DNA of 45,717 nt from a virus, in IMG/VR virus record IMGVR_UViG_3300045988_052195; one strand, written 5' to 3'. A program made the position numbers and the translations under genes. Below the pieces are notes generated by a model that was given only the letters and a program-made list of their open reading frames with translations, searched no databases and was not told the origin of the DNA. Below, piece after piece: positions 7,683-16,660 of the stretch (within the stretch, counting starts at the first letter, position 1; each line of letters begins with the position of its first letter).

Positions 7683-10360
7683 CGGCTTCCTCCTGTTACA
7701 AGTCTCACGCTTCCGCGGTTGTTCTCTGCATCAATTACGGGTTTCAATACTCGCCCAAGCTGCGCAAGGTTTCCCTCGAAGCGAATCACGACTTGACGGT
7801 TTCCACTTACTCCGCTTTCTGCGAGTGCTTCCATAAGTGCCTGTTTCATTGTGCTGAGCGGAGAAACGACCTCAGTTTCCTGCTTGTTATCTCCCAGGAT
7901 CGCCGCAAATTCACCCGCGCGCGGCGGCACCACCGTACCGGATGCCAGACGTGGCAAATGTACCTTGCTTACGGTCGGAATGTCCAGCCCGAAGGATTCT
8001 CCGCCGATTCCCGGAATCCAGTCAGGAATGTCAAAGCTCAGATTGTTAAGTGCGCTGATCATCCTATTCAGCGCATTGATGACACCGTTCACCATCGACT
8101 CCACACCGCCGAGGATTGTGTTGATGACGGATTTCATCGCGCCCCAGATGCCATTCCATATTGTGCTGGTCTCCGATTTCAACGTTTTCCATGCGGCTAC
8201 AATACTGTCTTTGATCGCCGTGAATTTCGCCGTTGCGTTGCTCCGAATCTCCTCCCACTTCGTTGCAAGTGTGCTGTGGATAGATCCCCATGCGCTCTCG
8301 GTGCTGGATTTTGTCTCGTTCCAACGCGTTGATACAGTTTCCTTGATCGCCTGGAACTTCTCACCGGCGGATGTTTTGACCGCTGTCCATGTGCTTTCAA
8401 GTCCGCTCTTAATGCTACTCCATTTCTCCTGAGTCTTCTGCTTAGTCTCGTCCCACTTAGCGATGATCTTATCTTTAATCTCTGCAAATTTCGTGATAAC
8501 GGAGGAAATGAAATTGCTGATTCCATTTCGGAGCCCCTCCATGAGGTACTGCCCCATTTCCATCATGACTGTGGATGGGCTGTGAATTCCGAATGCAGAC
8601 TTGAAGCCGTTGATAAACGGTTTGAAAATGTTGTTCACGATCCATGAACCAATATTCCGAAGTGCACTTGTTATACCGTTATACAATCCTTCTATGATCT
8701 CCGTTCCGGACATATTAACGACTGGCGAGAAAAGAGCCACTACGCTTTCCCATGCGCTTATCAGTACATCTCCGATTCCCAGCAAAAAGCTAATTCCGGC
8801 GGCTATTCCTGACCCAATCAGCTCCATAACAGACCCAAAGAGGCTTGCATAATCAAAGCCTTTAAAAATATCTGCTATTGCTTTTAAGATTCCCATCGGG
8901 ATTGATCGCCAGTCAACGCCTTGTATCAAACCTGTAAAGAGTTGCACCGCTCCGGAAAGAAAATGGGAAATTACACTTGACAGTGTACTCCAACTAAACG
9001 TGGAGAAGAATCCTGTAAGTCCGGCAGTGATCGCCGTGCCGATGCCTTTCCAGTTCGTTGTGGAAAGAAACTGGTCCAGTTTTCCCATTGCGAAGTTTAC
9101 ACCGGTTCCGATCTGCGTTCCAATGTAGTTGCCGACTCCCTTCCAATCCTCTGCGGCAATCAGCTTTTTGATGGTGTCCGCCATGTTTTTGATGGAGGAG
9201 CTGATCTGCTCGGTGGTAAACATGTCTTTCGGGGATGTGTTGCCACCGCTTCCGGATCCGGAATCCTTGCTTTTCGATCCAATCTGCTCGATCGTATCAA
9301 AAGAGGCAAGGCTTTTTTCTGCCTGCTTCGCTGCTGATCCTGTCTTTTTTAGGGAGTCCGCATAGTTTTCCTGTACCTTCGTAGCTTTAATAAAGGTGCT
9401 TTGCCCAGTGAGTGCCGAGAAAAACTGTCCCACCGCTGTTGCTGCTGTTGTCAAGAGGCTGATCAGATAGTTCAGCGCCGGAGCTACTGCGGTGAGGATC
9501 GGGGCGAATGCTGTCGCAAGTGCGTTCTTAAGCTGCGTCAGCGATCCCATAAGCCCGGAAACCGTGCTGTTTGTGCTGCCGGAATACTGGACAAGGTTCT
9601 TCATTCCGTCTGTAACGGCACTTCTGATGCGGTTAAAGAGGGCGAAGAGAGAGCGGATACCGAATGCATAGCTCAGCATTTTTTTAAAGCTCACTGATGT
9701 TTTTCCAAGATTTTTTTGAAAATCTCCTGTGGATTTGGAAGCTTTTTTTGTTTCGCTATTGTACTCTTTCGTCTTTTCATTAAGATCTGCGTAGGAGGTT
9801 TTCAAACGATTAAGAGTGTTTTCCAATGCAGCCTGCGCTGATGTGTACTGAGCCATCGTCTTCTGGCCGGATTCGGTATCTATTCCTGTGGTATAAGCTC
9901 CACCAGAGGATTCCAGCTTTGCCTTGGCTTGCTGTGCTTCTTCCAACTTCTGCCGCAACATGTCAATGTCGTATTCCATCGCCTTAAAGGTCTGACTATT
10001 CCGGTTTCCGCCAATCTCCACAAATTTAATCTGGCGTTCAATTACTGCATCAAGCTTTTTGCTTACAGAATCGATTTCCTTGTTGAGATCTGTATACTCC
10101 TGTGTAGGTATCTTCTCCCCCTTAAGCTCCTCAACTTTTGATTTAAGCTCCTCTACTTTACGAGCCTGTTCATCATACTGGCTGTTGAGTTTCGCAAAGG
10201 AGTCTGCCTGCTTCTGCAAGGCGATTTTAGCCTTGTCCCCGATTCCAGAGACAGACTCAGCCATCCGGTGTGCCGCGGCTTCTACTTCTTTCGTGCCGGC
10301 TACAAGCCCATCAGCGCTGATCGATGTATCAATGAGTATTGTTCCGTCTGCCTGTCCCAT
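7679..10360 (-). CDS. Tail tape measure protein
   Basis: 893 aa, the largest ORF. The N-terminus is coiled-coil (KVEELKSKVEELKGEK) and the centre has Gly/Ala/Ile-rich hydrophobic segments. It lies directly downstream of the chaperone pair. Confidence 0.9.
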   Translation of the reverse strand: MGQADGTILIDTSISADGLVAGTKEVEAAAHRMAESVSGIGDKAKIALQKQADSFAKLNSQYDEQARKVEELKSKVEELKGEKIPTQEYTDLNKEIDSVSKKLDAVIERQIKFVEIGGNRNSQTFKAMEYDIDMLRQKLEEAQQAKAKLESSGGAYTTGIDTESGQKTMAQYTSAQAALENTLNRLKTSYADLNEKTKEYNSETKKASKSTGDFQKNLGKTSVSFKKMLSYAFGIRSLFALFNRIRSAVTDGMKNLVQYSGSTNSTVSGLMGSLTQLKNALATAFAPILTAVAPALNYLISLLTTAATAVGQFFSALTGQSTFIKATKVQENYADSLKKTGSAAKQAEKSLASFDTIEQIGSKSKDSGSGSGGNTSPKDMFTTEQISSSIKNMADTIKKLIAAEDWKGVGNYIGTQIGTGVNFAMGKLDQFLSTTNWKGIGTAITAGLTGFFSTFSWSTLSSVISHFLSGAVQLFTGLIQGVDWRSIPMGILKAIADIFKGFDYASLFGSVMELIGSGIAAGISFLLGIGDVLISAWESVVALFSPVVNMSGTEIIEGLYNGITSALRNIGSWIVNNIFKPFINGFKSAFGIHSPSTVMMEMGQYLMEGLRNGISNFISSVITKFAEIKDKIIAKWDETKQKTQEKWSSIKSGLESTWTAVKTSAGEKFQAIKETVSTRWNETKSSTESAWGSIHSTLATKWEEIRSNATAKFTAIKDSIVAAWKTLKSETSTIWNGIWGAMKSVINTILGGVESMVNGVINALNRMISALNNLSFDIPDWIPGIGGESFGLDIPTVSKVHLPRLASGTVVPPRAGEFAAILGDNKQETEVVSPLSTMKQALMEALAESGVSGNRQVVIRFEGNLAQLGRVLKPVIDAENNRGSVRLVTGGSR

Positions 10361-10371
10361 AATTCATCTCC

Positions 10372-10926
10372 TTATAGCCACTTCTCAAGAGCCGCCATCT
10401 CCTTCTTTTCTTCGGCACTTAGTCTCTTGCGAATGCCTACCATGTCTGCGTTTTCCCGTTCGAATTCTTTTTCCCACTTCTCTAATTTTTTATGCTTGGC
10501 TTTTTTCTGCCGGATCGCAAGGATCTGGGAAAATAAGCCGTCACCGACTTCCATAAAGAATCCCAGAAACGTCCACCAGTGAAGGAACGTGGTAGAACGG
10601 ACCTCCATTCCTGCAACTTTGTTGACCGCAGGAATGATGATCCGAGAATCCTGTTCCCAGTCAATCAGCCGAGGGCTGTTCTTCTTGTCCCGCATACCGC
10701 CGTCAATAAAGTCAGCAGCTTTCTTACAAGCTTCCTCCCGGAGTTCTCTGGGAATCTGCTCGAAATCCTTGTACAGAATTTCAAACATGATTTCCTGCTT
10801 TTCTCTATCTGTCCAATCTGGATCCTCGCAAGCTTCCAAAATTCCAATAATGGAACGGAAGTCTGCGTTGATCGCATAATCCGTTCCACCAATGTTTAGA
10901 GAAGAGGGCAGTTCATAGCTGCTCAT
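10372..10926 (-). CDS. Gp15-like tail assembly protein
   Basis: 184 aa. The pattern IGGTDYAINADFRSIIGILEA...DRE is typical of the phage Gp15 family, and it sits between the chaperone and the tape measure. Confidence 0.65.
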   Translation of the reverse strand: MSSYELPSSLNIGGTDYAINADFRSIIGILEACEDPDWTDREKQEIMFEILYKDFEQIPRELREEACKKAADFIDGGMRDKKNSPRLIDWEQDSRIIIPAVNKVAGMEVRSTTFLHWWTFLGFFMEVGDGLFSQILAIRQKKAKHKKLEKWEKEFERENADMVGIRKRLSAEEKKEMAALEKWL

Positions 10927-11333
10927 TTTCTGTACTTCTCCGTGTAATTACGGAGACGGGAAGTACTCTTTTTAATTCTCACGTTCATTTCACTTTCGAT
11001 GAATTTTACAAGCTGATCGAGAACATATTCGCAGAAAAATCTGCCATCCTTATACGGAGTCCACGGATTGCAGTGTTTGAAAAGATCGTCGGATGCTCCC
11101 TGAGTATTCAGAAGCTCATCGAAAAGCTCTTTTACAGTGCCGGACATCTTGTCCAATCCATCTGGATCGTCGTCTGCCGGAAGCTCCAGTTCCTCGAATT
11201 TCTTCTGTACTGTGTCCGCACGCTTGATAATGTCCAGATCTGCCGGATTAAACATAAAGCCGCCGGTCACTGTGCCATTTTTATCCACGATTTCGATGTA
11301 TTCCCGATCATCAATTACGATCTGTTTTGCCAT
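10923..11333 (-). CDS. Tail assembly chaperone
   Basis: 136 aa, acidic, directly after the major tail gene. Start set at ATG 11333, 8 nt after AGGAGGA. Confidence 0.65.
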   Translation of the reverse strand: MAKQIVIDDREYIEIVDKNGTVTGGFMFNPADLDIIKRADTVQKKFEELELPADDDPDGLDKMSGTVKELFDELLNTQGASDDLFKHCNPWTPYKDGRFFCEYVLDQLVKFIESEMNVRIKKSTSRLRNYTEKYRK

Positions 11334-11346
11334 TTTCCATGTCCTC

Positions 11347-11841
11347 CTATACAAGAGATGCCGTGAAGGATTTCTGTGTCATATCCCATGTGCCTTTCAC
11401 TCTGTTGCCGGCTTTGTATACCGTGAACGGTGTCTGTACGCCAGATGTATCTCCGCCCACGCTGTTCGGGATAACGTATACATCCTCGCGGTACGCCCAT
11501 ACCACGGTCGGAGCGGTTTCCTCACCTGTGCCAGGCTTAAGGAGCACATCAACCATCGTTGTTTTGCACTTGTCTCCTGTTGCTCTGGTATTGGCAATCT
11601 CCATAATCTTATTGGAGAGAGCATCGTCATAATTCTCGTAGTAGAACGGATCCACGTCTGCCTGCACTTCATATCCAGAGTGTTTTACAGACTGTTCGCC
11701 GAGAATGTTTTTGCTTACTTCTACGTCCGGGTTCAGCTCCTCGCTGTATTCTTCAAGATCTTTACCGATGCGTACATAGCCCGGTGTTTCTCCTCCAAAT
11801 GTTGCGTCCAGATAATGAGCAAGATATTTTCTCTCAATCAT
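11347..11841 (-). CDS. Major tail protein
   Basis: 164 aa, positioned between the neck genes and the chaperones. It is preceded by a conserved element shared with the capsid gene. Confidence 0.75.
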   Translation of the reverse strand: MIERKYLAHYLDATFGGETPGYVRIGKDLEEYSEELNPDVEVSKNILGEQSVKHSGYEVQADVDPFYYENYDDALSNKIMEIANTRATGDKCKTTMVDVLLKPGTGEETAPTVVWAYREDVYVIPNSVGGDTSGVQTPFTVYKAGNRVKGTWDMTQKSFTASLV

Positions 11842-11855
11842 AATAAAAAGCCCTT

Positions 11856-11892
11856 TCTGCCTATAACTTTTTAGGCGGTGTAGGTTAGCGGC
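11856..11892 (-). promoter_or_regulatory. Conserved 37-nt element upstream of the major tail gene (copy A)
   Basis: Minus strand reads GCCGCTAACCTACACCGCCTAAAAAGTTATAGGCAGA. It matches copy B at 18227-18263 at 30 of 37 positions, with invariant GCCGCTAACCTA and TTATAGG blocks 14 nt apart. Confidence 0.55.
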
Positions 11893-11915
11893 GGCACTCT
11901 CGTTGTACCGTCGGT

Positions 11916-12416
11916 TTACAGTTCAAAATCATTCGTGTAACGGACCGATACAGGCAATATCCAGTCCTGTACGCCGTTCTCCTGCGGCTCTGTGCCGTAT
12001 GAATTGTCACGAGTTATACGTTTTATCTGTCTCCCATTAGAAAGCCGTGGAAAGGCAGATAAGCGGGTCTCAACGCCATTTATCACGGCTGGTTCACGGC
12101 AAATCCATTTGCCAAGTGTGTCAAGGAACTGCTGGATGCTCAGCTTATACCGCTCTTTCTGCGCCGCTGACCGGTAAACCACGTAAAACGGATACTGGCA
12201 TACCTGATGGATACCTCCGCATACATCTTCCCTCTCACTGTATACAAGTGCACCATTGTCTGCGGAAAATGCGATTCCGCTGTCTTCGCCCAGCTCCTCG
12301 AATTTTATGGTTTCCCCCGGATCCAATCCGGGATACTGATTCAGCAACGCTTTCATGGCGGCTGTCAGAATTTCATATCCTGTCGCATCTTTTCCAATCG
12401 GTTTTGCATCAGCCAC
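11916..12416 (-). CDS. Neck / tail-completion protein (minor capsid family)
   Basis: About 166 aa, the last neck gene before the major tail. GTG at 12416 lies 8 nt after GGAGG, while the track start at 12425 abuts the RBS. Confidence 0.6.
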   Translation of the reverse strand: MADAKPIGKDATGYEILTAAMKALLNQYPGLDPGETIKFEELGEDSGIAFSADNGALVYSEREDVCGGIHQVCQYPFYVVYRSAAQKERYKLSIQQFLDTLGKWICREPAVINGVETRLSAFPRLSNGRQIKRITRDNSYGTEPQENGVQDWILPVSVRYTNDFEL

Positions 12417-12900
12417 GCCGCCCACCTCCTGCCGTTTCCTTCACATTCTTAATCCAAGTTTTCCCATCCTTCTCTTTCGCAGCGTCAAACCAATGCGCTT
12501 GCGCCGCCGGATGTTTTGTCTTTGTGTACGTCAGATACTCTTTCGCCTGTGTCTTGCCGGAATACTGGCTGACAAGCACCTTCTTTGCGCCTTTTTTCGC
12601 CCACGGTGAGCCGGTATTTTCGTCTACCATGCCCTTTCCTTCATAGAGAAATCGTCCCTGTGGACCGTACGCCGCAAACACACGTCCAGATCCCTGTACC
12701 GCCGCACTTGCCGCTTTGGTAACGCCTACGAAGATTCCGGTTTCCATCGGCATAAAAGGCACCATGCTGTTCATTACATCGCCATCAAGCTGATACTGAG
12801 CCTTCCTGTACTGCTCGTTGAAGCGAGACATATTCAGTTTTACTTTCGTATCGCCATCCACAAAGGAAAAGCCTTTGAAGTGATAGGTCTTACCCGCCAT
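12409..12900 (-). CDS. Head-tail joining protein (HK97 gp10-like / minor capsid family)
   Basis: 163 aa in the neck module, with a TAATG overlap to the upstream gene. Confidence 0.6.
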   Translation of the reverse strand: MAGKTYHFKGFSFVDGDTKVKLNMSRFNEQYRKAQYQLDGDVMNSMVPFMPMETGIFVGVTKAASAAVQGSGRVFAAYGPQGRFLYEGKGMVDENTGSPWAKKGAKKVLVSQYSGKTQAKEYLTYTKTKHPAAQAHWFDAAKEKDGKTWIKNVKETAGGGRRG

Positions 12901-13307
12901 TATTTCCGTTTCCTCTTTCCTTTATAGACAAACTCCAGATTCTTTCCCGTCCAGTCGACATCCTTTGCTTTCACGGTAGATTCAACAACTTTGACTCCCG
13001 GCTTTGGTCTCCCAAGTGGTGTCTTGGTCCATCGTTCTGCCTGTGCCTTTGAAAGAAATACCCAGTCGTTTTGATTTATACTGTCTCCGATTGTTGCCCG
13101 GTAGATCTTTACATCTGAGTTTTTGTCTTTTAAGGAATTAATCTGTGTTACGGTTTCCGTGGCAAGCTTGCTATTCACCACATTTGGGGAAAGGCTATTA
13201 AGTTTGTCTCGCATTTCAGATACATTCACACCGTTGCTCGACGCTCTGCCAGATCCTCCGTTATTTCCTTGATAGTTAAGGTTGCTACTGCCGCCACGTC
13301 CGCCCAT
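12900..13307 (-). CDS. Hypothetical protein with Gly/Ser/Asn-rich N-terminus and basic C-terminus
   Basis: 135 aa, running MGGRGGSSNLNYQGNNGGSGR...KGKRKRK. It is embedded between neck genes. No family recognised. Confidence 0.6.
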   Translation of the reverse strand: MGGRGGSSNLNYQGNNGGSGRASSNGVNVSEMRDKLNSLSPNVVNSKLATETVTQINSLKDKNSDVKIYRATIGDSINQNDWVFLSKAQAERWTKTPLGRPKPGVKVVESTVKAKDVDWTGKNLEFVYKGKRKRK

Positions 13308-13315
13308 AAAAGCAC

Positions 13316-13789
13316 CTACTTTCCGAGAATTTCAAAATGCGGAATCACAGTATATGGACCGCCTGTGCTTGTGATCTTGAACACAAAATCATGTGCATTG
13401 TTCATGTACTGATAGAATCCATTCCGATAATCACGATCATTTACCTCGCCGCCAGTCCACTCGCCCTCCCAGAAGAAATCATCCGGTCCGAATGTAATGC
13501 TTTCTGCCAGCTTATCATTCGTCTGACGTTTCCATTCTTTCGGGGATCGCCACGGGATCATTTCGTCCTCTGTCGAGATCATTATGCCGTCAACATCAGG
13601 GTTTGTGGCGTGCATATAGTACGGGATGTGGAGCTGTGCATTGTCTGTACTGTCCGCCCCGTACTTCTTGATGATCGCCCCGCGGTCCGTGTTCAAATCC
13701 ACATTATGGAGGATGTGCGGATACCACATAGCATCGCCGGATGTGGGGCTTTCATAATAGTTGAAAACTGTCACAGTTTTATCGTACAT
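13316..13789 (-). CDS. Minor capsid / head-tail adaptor protein
   Basis: 157 aa. The motifs VTVFNYYES...WYPHIL and FKITSTGG resemble neck proteins of the minor-capsid-2 type. ATG at 13789 lies 5 nt after GAGGTG. Confidence 0.6.
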   Translation of the reverse strand: MYDKTVTVFNYYESPTSGDAMWYPHILHNVDLNTDRGAIIKKYGADSTDNAQLHIPYYMHATNPDVDGIMISTEDEMIPWRSPKEWKRQTNDKLAESITFGPDDFFWEGEWTGGEVNDRDYRNGFYQYMNNAHDFVFKITSTGGPYTVIPHFEILGK

Positions 13790-13791
13790 GC

Positions 13792-14433
13792 TCACACCTC
13801 ACATAACGCATGATTGAATTTGTTATGAAACGCTTTAATTCTCACAATGCTCCCTGTGCATTCCTCCGGCACACTGCCGTAAAAGATAATGCTTTCCGGG
13901 TGTAATCGTTCCACCATTGCATTGTAGCCGGATAAGAATAGGCGTTTTTTGCCTATACTGTTCATACAGCCCACGGAAGATACTGCCACGGTTCCGCCCT
14001 CTGGTTCTCCATCAAAGCACCATTCGTATGAGTCTGGAGTGCTCCATGAAATTGTCGGAATCACCTTGCACCCGTAGTCTTGCAGATATGCACCAATCCA
14101 GTGTTTACGATAATGGTTATATATCTGGATAGCTTTAGGGAAATCGGTGTAGGTGCTAAAGTCCGGTGTCAGAACGTACCGGAACCTGCTCAGCTTGTCC
14201 ACGTATCTGTCCGGATTTCTCCAGAGTGCATCAAACTGGTAATCGTCCAAGAAAAAATGCACTGCTTTCTCTTCTGGATTACTGCATTCGCCTCTTGCAT
14301 AATTGAAACCGATAAATTCACATTCCCCTTCGAAAGCCTCTGGATAAATCTGCGGTATCCCATATTCTCCGACGCCATCAAAGATGCGGCGGTTTAAGTT
14401 TTCATAAGCTATGCTGGTTTCTCGATTCGCCAT
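13792..14433 (-). CDS. DUF4417-like protein
   Basis: 213 aa. The pattern HFFLDDYQFDALWRNPDRY...LTPDFSTYTDFP...YNHYRKHWIGAYLQ...KVIPTISW is the one I associate with DUF4417. Function is unknown. Confidence 0.55.
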   Translation of the reverse strand: MANRETSIAYENLNRRIFDGVGEYGIPQIYPEAFEGECEFIGFNYARGECSNPEEKAVHFFLDDYQFDALWRNPDRYVDKLSRFRYVLTPDFSTYTDFPKAIQIYNHYRKHWIGAYLQDYGCKVIPTISWSTPDSYEWCFDGEPEGGTVAVSSVGCMNSIGKKRLFLSGYNAMVERLHPESIIFYGSVPEECTGSIVRIKAFHNKFNHALCEV

Positions 14434-14702
14434 TATTCTTTCTGCACTGTCTGCTTAATAACCTGATTCACGCCAGTAGCCGACAGTCCGTTAAACATAC
14501 CGACTGCAACCGCTGTGATATAATCCGTTGCCGGAAAATCCGGGATAATTCCCATTCCGACCGCTCCGAGGACTCCACCAATAACCGCCATAATTACTGG
14601 AATCCATTCATCAGAGATTCTTTTTGATGCTTTACAGCCCATTCCTGCGATGTAGCAAATCATCACGATTGCTACGCATGAGCCTAACGTTGAAATGTCC
14701 AT
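14433..14702 (-). CDS. Holin-like small membrane protein
   Basis: 89 aa with 2-3 TM segments, a DEWIPVIMAVIGGVLGAVG motif and a charged tail. GAGGTG RBS. TAATG coupling on both sides. Confidence 0.55.
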   Translation of the reverse strand: MDISTLGSCVAIVMICYIAGMGCKASKRISDEWIPVIMAVIGGVLGAVGMGIIPDFPATDYITAVAVGMFNGLSATGVNQVIKQTVQKE

Positions 14703-16246
14703 TATTTGTCACCTCGTAAATCAATTTTCCCAGACATTAAATCCGGTAAAAGCGCATCTCTCAATTCTATCAAATATCTGTTTTCTTCATTGTTCAGATA
14801 CATTATGTGCTGTTTCCACATCTGTAAAATCGAAAGTAATATAGTTGATATGTTGTTCTTGCTTCCGTTTTCAAATTTCAGTTCTCCCGCTTTCTTCGTC
14901 ATGGAAATAAAGTTTTCTTTTTCGATTTTCTTTCCGGTAAAAGCAAGCATCTGATTCATGGAATCCGCTGTTTCTTCCGACTGCTTGAACATCTGGAATA
15001 TGTCATACAATCCGATTGATTTTGCAAGTGTTTCATTCATTGTCAGTTTGAGACCATTTTTCTCATTAATAACTCTGTTTAAGTCGTCAATGATTTCTCC
15101 ATAATCTCTGTGTGTAAAATCCTCTTCTTTAAATTCAAGGTATCGTGTTGGGAGAAGAGTATATTTGTTTTCTACTACAGTTTGAAAAGGCACGCTTTTT
15201 GAAAATTCGGCGACATTTTTCTGATTAACGATAGAATCAATGGCGTTTTCCATCTGTTCGTCAGTAAAAACATTAACTGTTTTTTTGTATGTTCTGTTTT
15301 CGTGACTTGCCCCACCAAGCTGTCCATTCTGTTCTCTTTGCTCTACATCGCAAGTTTTACGCATATCTAAAAATGCAATATGTGTTGTCTCTTTTTTCTT
15401 GTTCAGTGTCAAAAGACAAGTTGCAATCGAAGTAGCTTCAAACATTTTATCTGGACACAAAATAACTGATTCTATCAGATTCTTCTCAATAAGATACTTT
15501 CTTATTTCTATTTCATTTTTTAATCCTGAAGTTAATATCCCACACGGAAGAATCATTGAAACTTTTTCCTTGCAATTATCTAATGCGGTCAAAACAAAAG
15601 CATAATTTGCATTGCTTTCTGGCGGCAACTCACAGTCATTAAAGCGAGGTTGCAACTGTGCAAACGGCGGTATCTTCCACTTCATATTATATGGTGGATT
15701 TGAAATACAACTATCTGTCTTTTCTGGCTTAAAATTTTCTGTCTTTTTTACAGAAGAATATTTATCACCTTTCTTTACAAGATAAGTTGCAAAAACTTCA
15801 TCCTGCAATGCATCACCATTTACAACAACTGCATCAATATTTCTTGCCGCCAGATTGAAAAGCAAAATCGGAATAACCGTTTTATCGTACTCATAGCACA
15901 CGAATTTCAATTTATTATTCAGATTCCATTTCTGAATAGTCAGTGCTCCGCTTCCAGCGCATAAATCATATACAGCGCGTTCATTTTCTGTCTGCACCAG
16001 CTTTCCGACAAATTTTGCCAGTGAAACAGGCGTGTAATCCTGCATCTTTACTTTTCTATCAGCAAGGTAATACTGGAAGATCTTCTGCAGCCAATCAATA
16101 GACAAGTCCTCTACCATATTACAGAATTTGTCGAAATATTCCGTTCTTCCATTCAGTACAATTTCCATCAAAGAATCTGGAATCTGTTCTGGGCTTTCGA
16201 TCTTCAACAGTTCTATTACTTTACTGGTGAGTTCTTTTAATTCCAT
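14702..16246 (-). CDS. N6-adenine DNA methyltransferase (HsdM / gamma-class like), orphan
   Basis: 514 aa. AdoMet motif DLCAGSGALT and catalytic SNPPYN. There is no adjacent restriction or specificity gene. The region is AT-rich relative to its neighbours. Confidence 0.8.
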   Translation of the reverse strand: MELKELTSKVIELLKIESPEQIPDSLMEIVLNGRTEYFDKFCNMVEDLSIDWLQKIFQYYLADRKVKMQDYTPVSLAKFVGKLVQTENERAVYDLCAGSGALTIQKWNLNNKLKFVCYEYDKTVIPILLFNLAARNIDAVVVNGDALQDEVFATYLVKKGDKYSSVKKTENFKPEKTDSCISNPPYNMKWKIPPFAQLQPRFNDCELPPESNANYAFVLTALDNCKEKVSMILPCGILTSGLKNEIEIRKYLIEKNLIESVILCPDKMFEATSIATCLLTLNKKKETTHIAFLDMRKTCDVEQREQNGQLGGASHENRTYKKTVNVFTDEQMENAIDSIVNQKNVAEFSKSVPFQTVVENKYTLLPTRYLEFKEEDFTHRDYGEIIDDLNRVINEKNGLKLTMNETLAKSIGLYDIFQMFKQSEETADSMNQMLAFTGKKIEKENFISMTKKAGELKFENGSKNNISTILLSILQMWKQHIMYLNNEENRYLIELRDALLPDLMSGKIDLRGDK

Positions 16247-16285
16247 AATTACACTCCTGCATATAATACTGCCTTATTTGCCACA

Positions 16286-16660
16286 TTACATCAATTCAAA
16301 TTCGCTGAACACTTTAAAAATCTTCGGTGTCTGAATAGCAAACCAGTCAACCATTTCTTCATTGATAGCCCAACTGTCAGTACTACTTGAATTAGATTCA
16401 AGTCCAGATTCATACAGGAAAGCATGAATAATCTCATGCCGTACAACCTGTTTTCTGTACTCTTCCATATTCTTTTTCGAGCCCGGTATGTCCTGTTGTG
16501 ACTCCATGTTGTCAACAATGATCTCCCTAGTGGAAGAATCTGTATATCCGTCCATGTTCTCCAAGTTAGGATATTCTTTTAGTGTTCCAAATTTTATTGC
16601 CCATTCAGAGCCTAAGATATCTACTTTAAAATCCTGCATATAACACTGGTATCCCATCAT
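16286..16660 (-). CDS. Small HExxH metallopeptidase-like protein
   Basis: 124 aa with VVRHEIIHAFLYESG (HEIIH zinc motif). Its start overlaps the connector gene's end. Confidence 0.55.
   Translation of the reverse strand: MMGYQCYMQDFKVDILGSEWAIKFGTLKEYPNLENMDGYTDSSTREIIVDNMESQQDIPGSKKNMEEYRKQVVRHEIIHAFLYESGLESNSSSTDSWAINEEMVDWFAIQTPKIFKVFSEFELM

Noticed and set aside
7793-10582. Multiple plus-strand ORFs (about 60-190 aa) opposite the tape-measure gene
   Set aside because: They are antisense to a gene with strong context support. They lack RBSs and are typical of open antisense frames in biased sequence.
10923-10930. Programmed -1 frameshift joining the two tail-chaperone genes (G/GT-like)
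   Set aside because: The genes overlap by a simple ATGA stop-start, and I could not find a convincing slippery heptamer in the overlap region.
11137-11874. 245-aa plus-strand ORF across the chaperone and major tail genes
   Set aside because: It is antisense to two well-placed structural genes and has no RBS.
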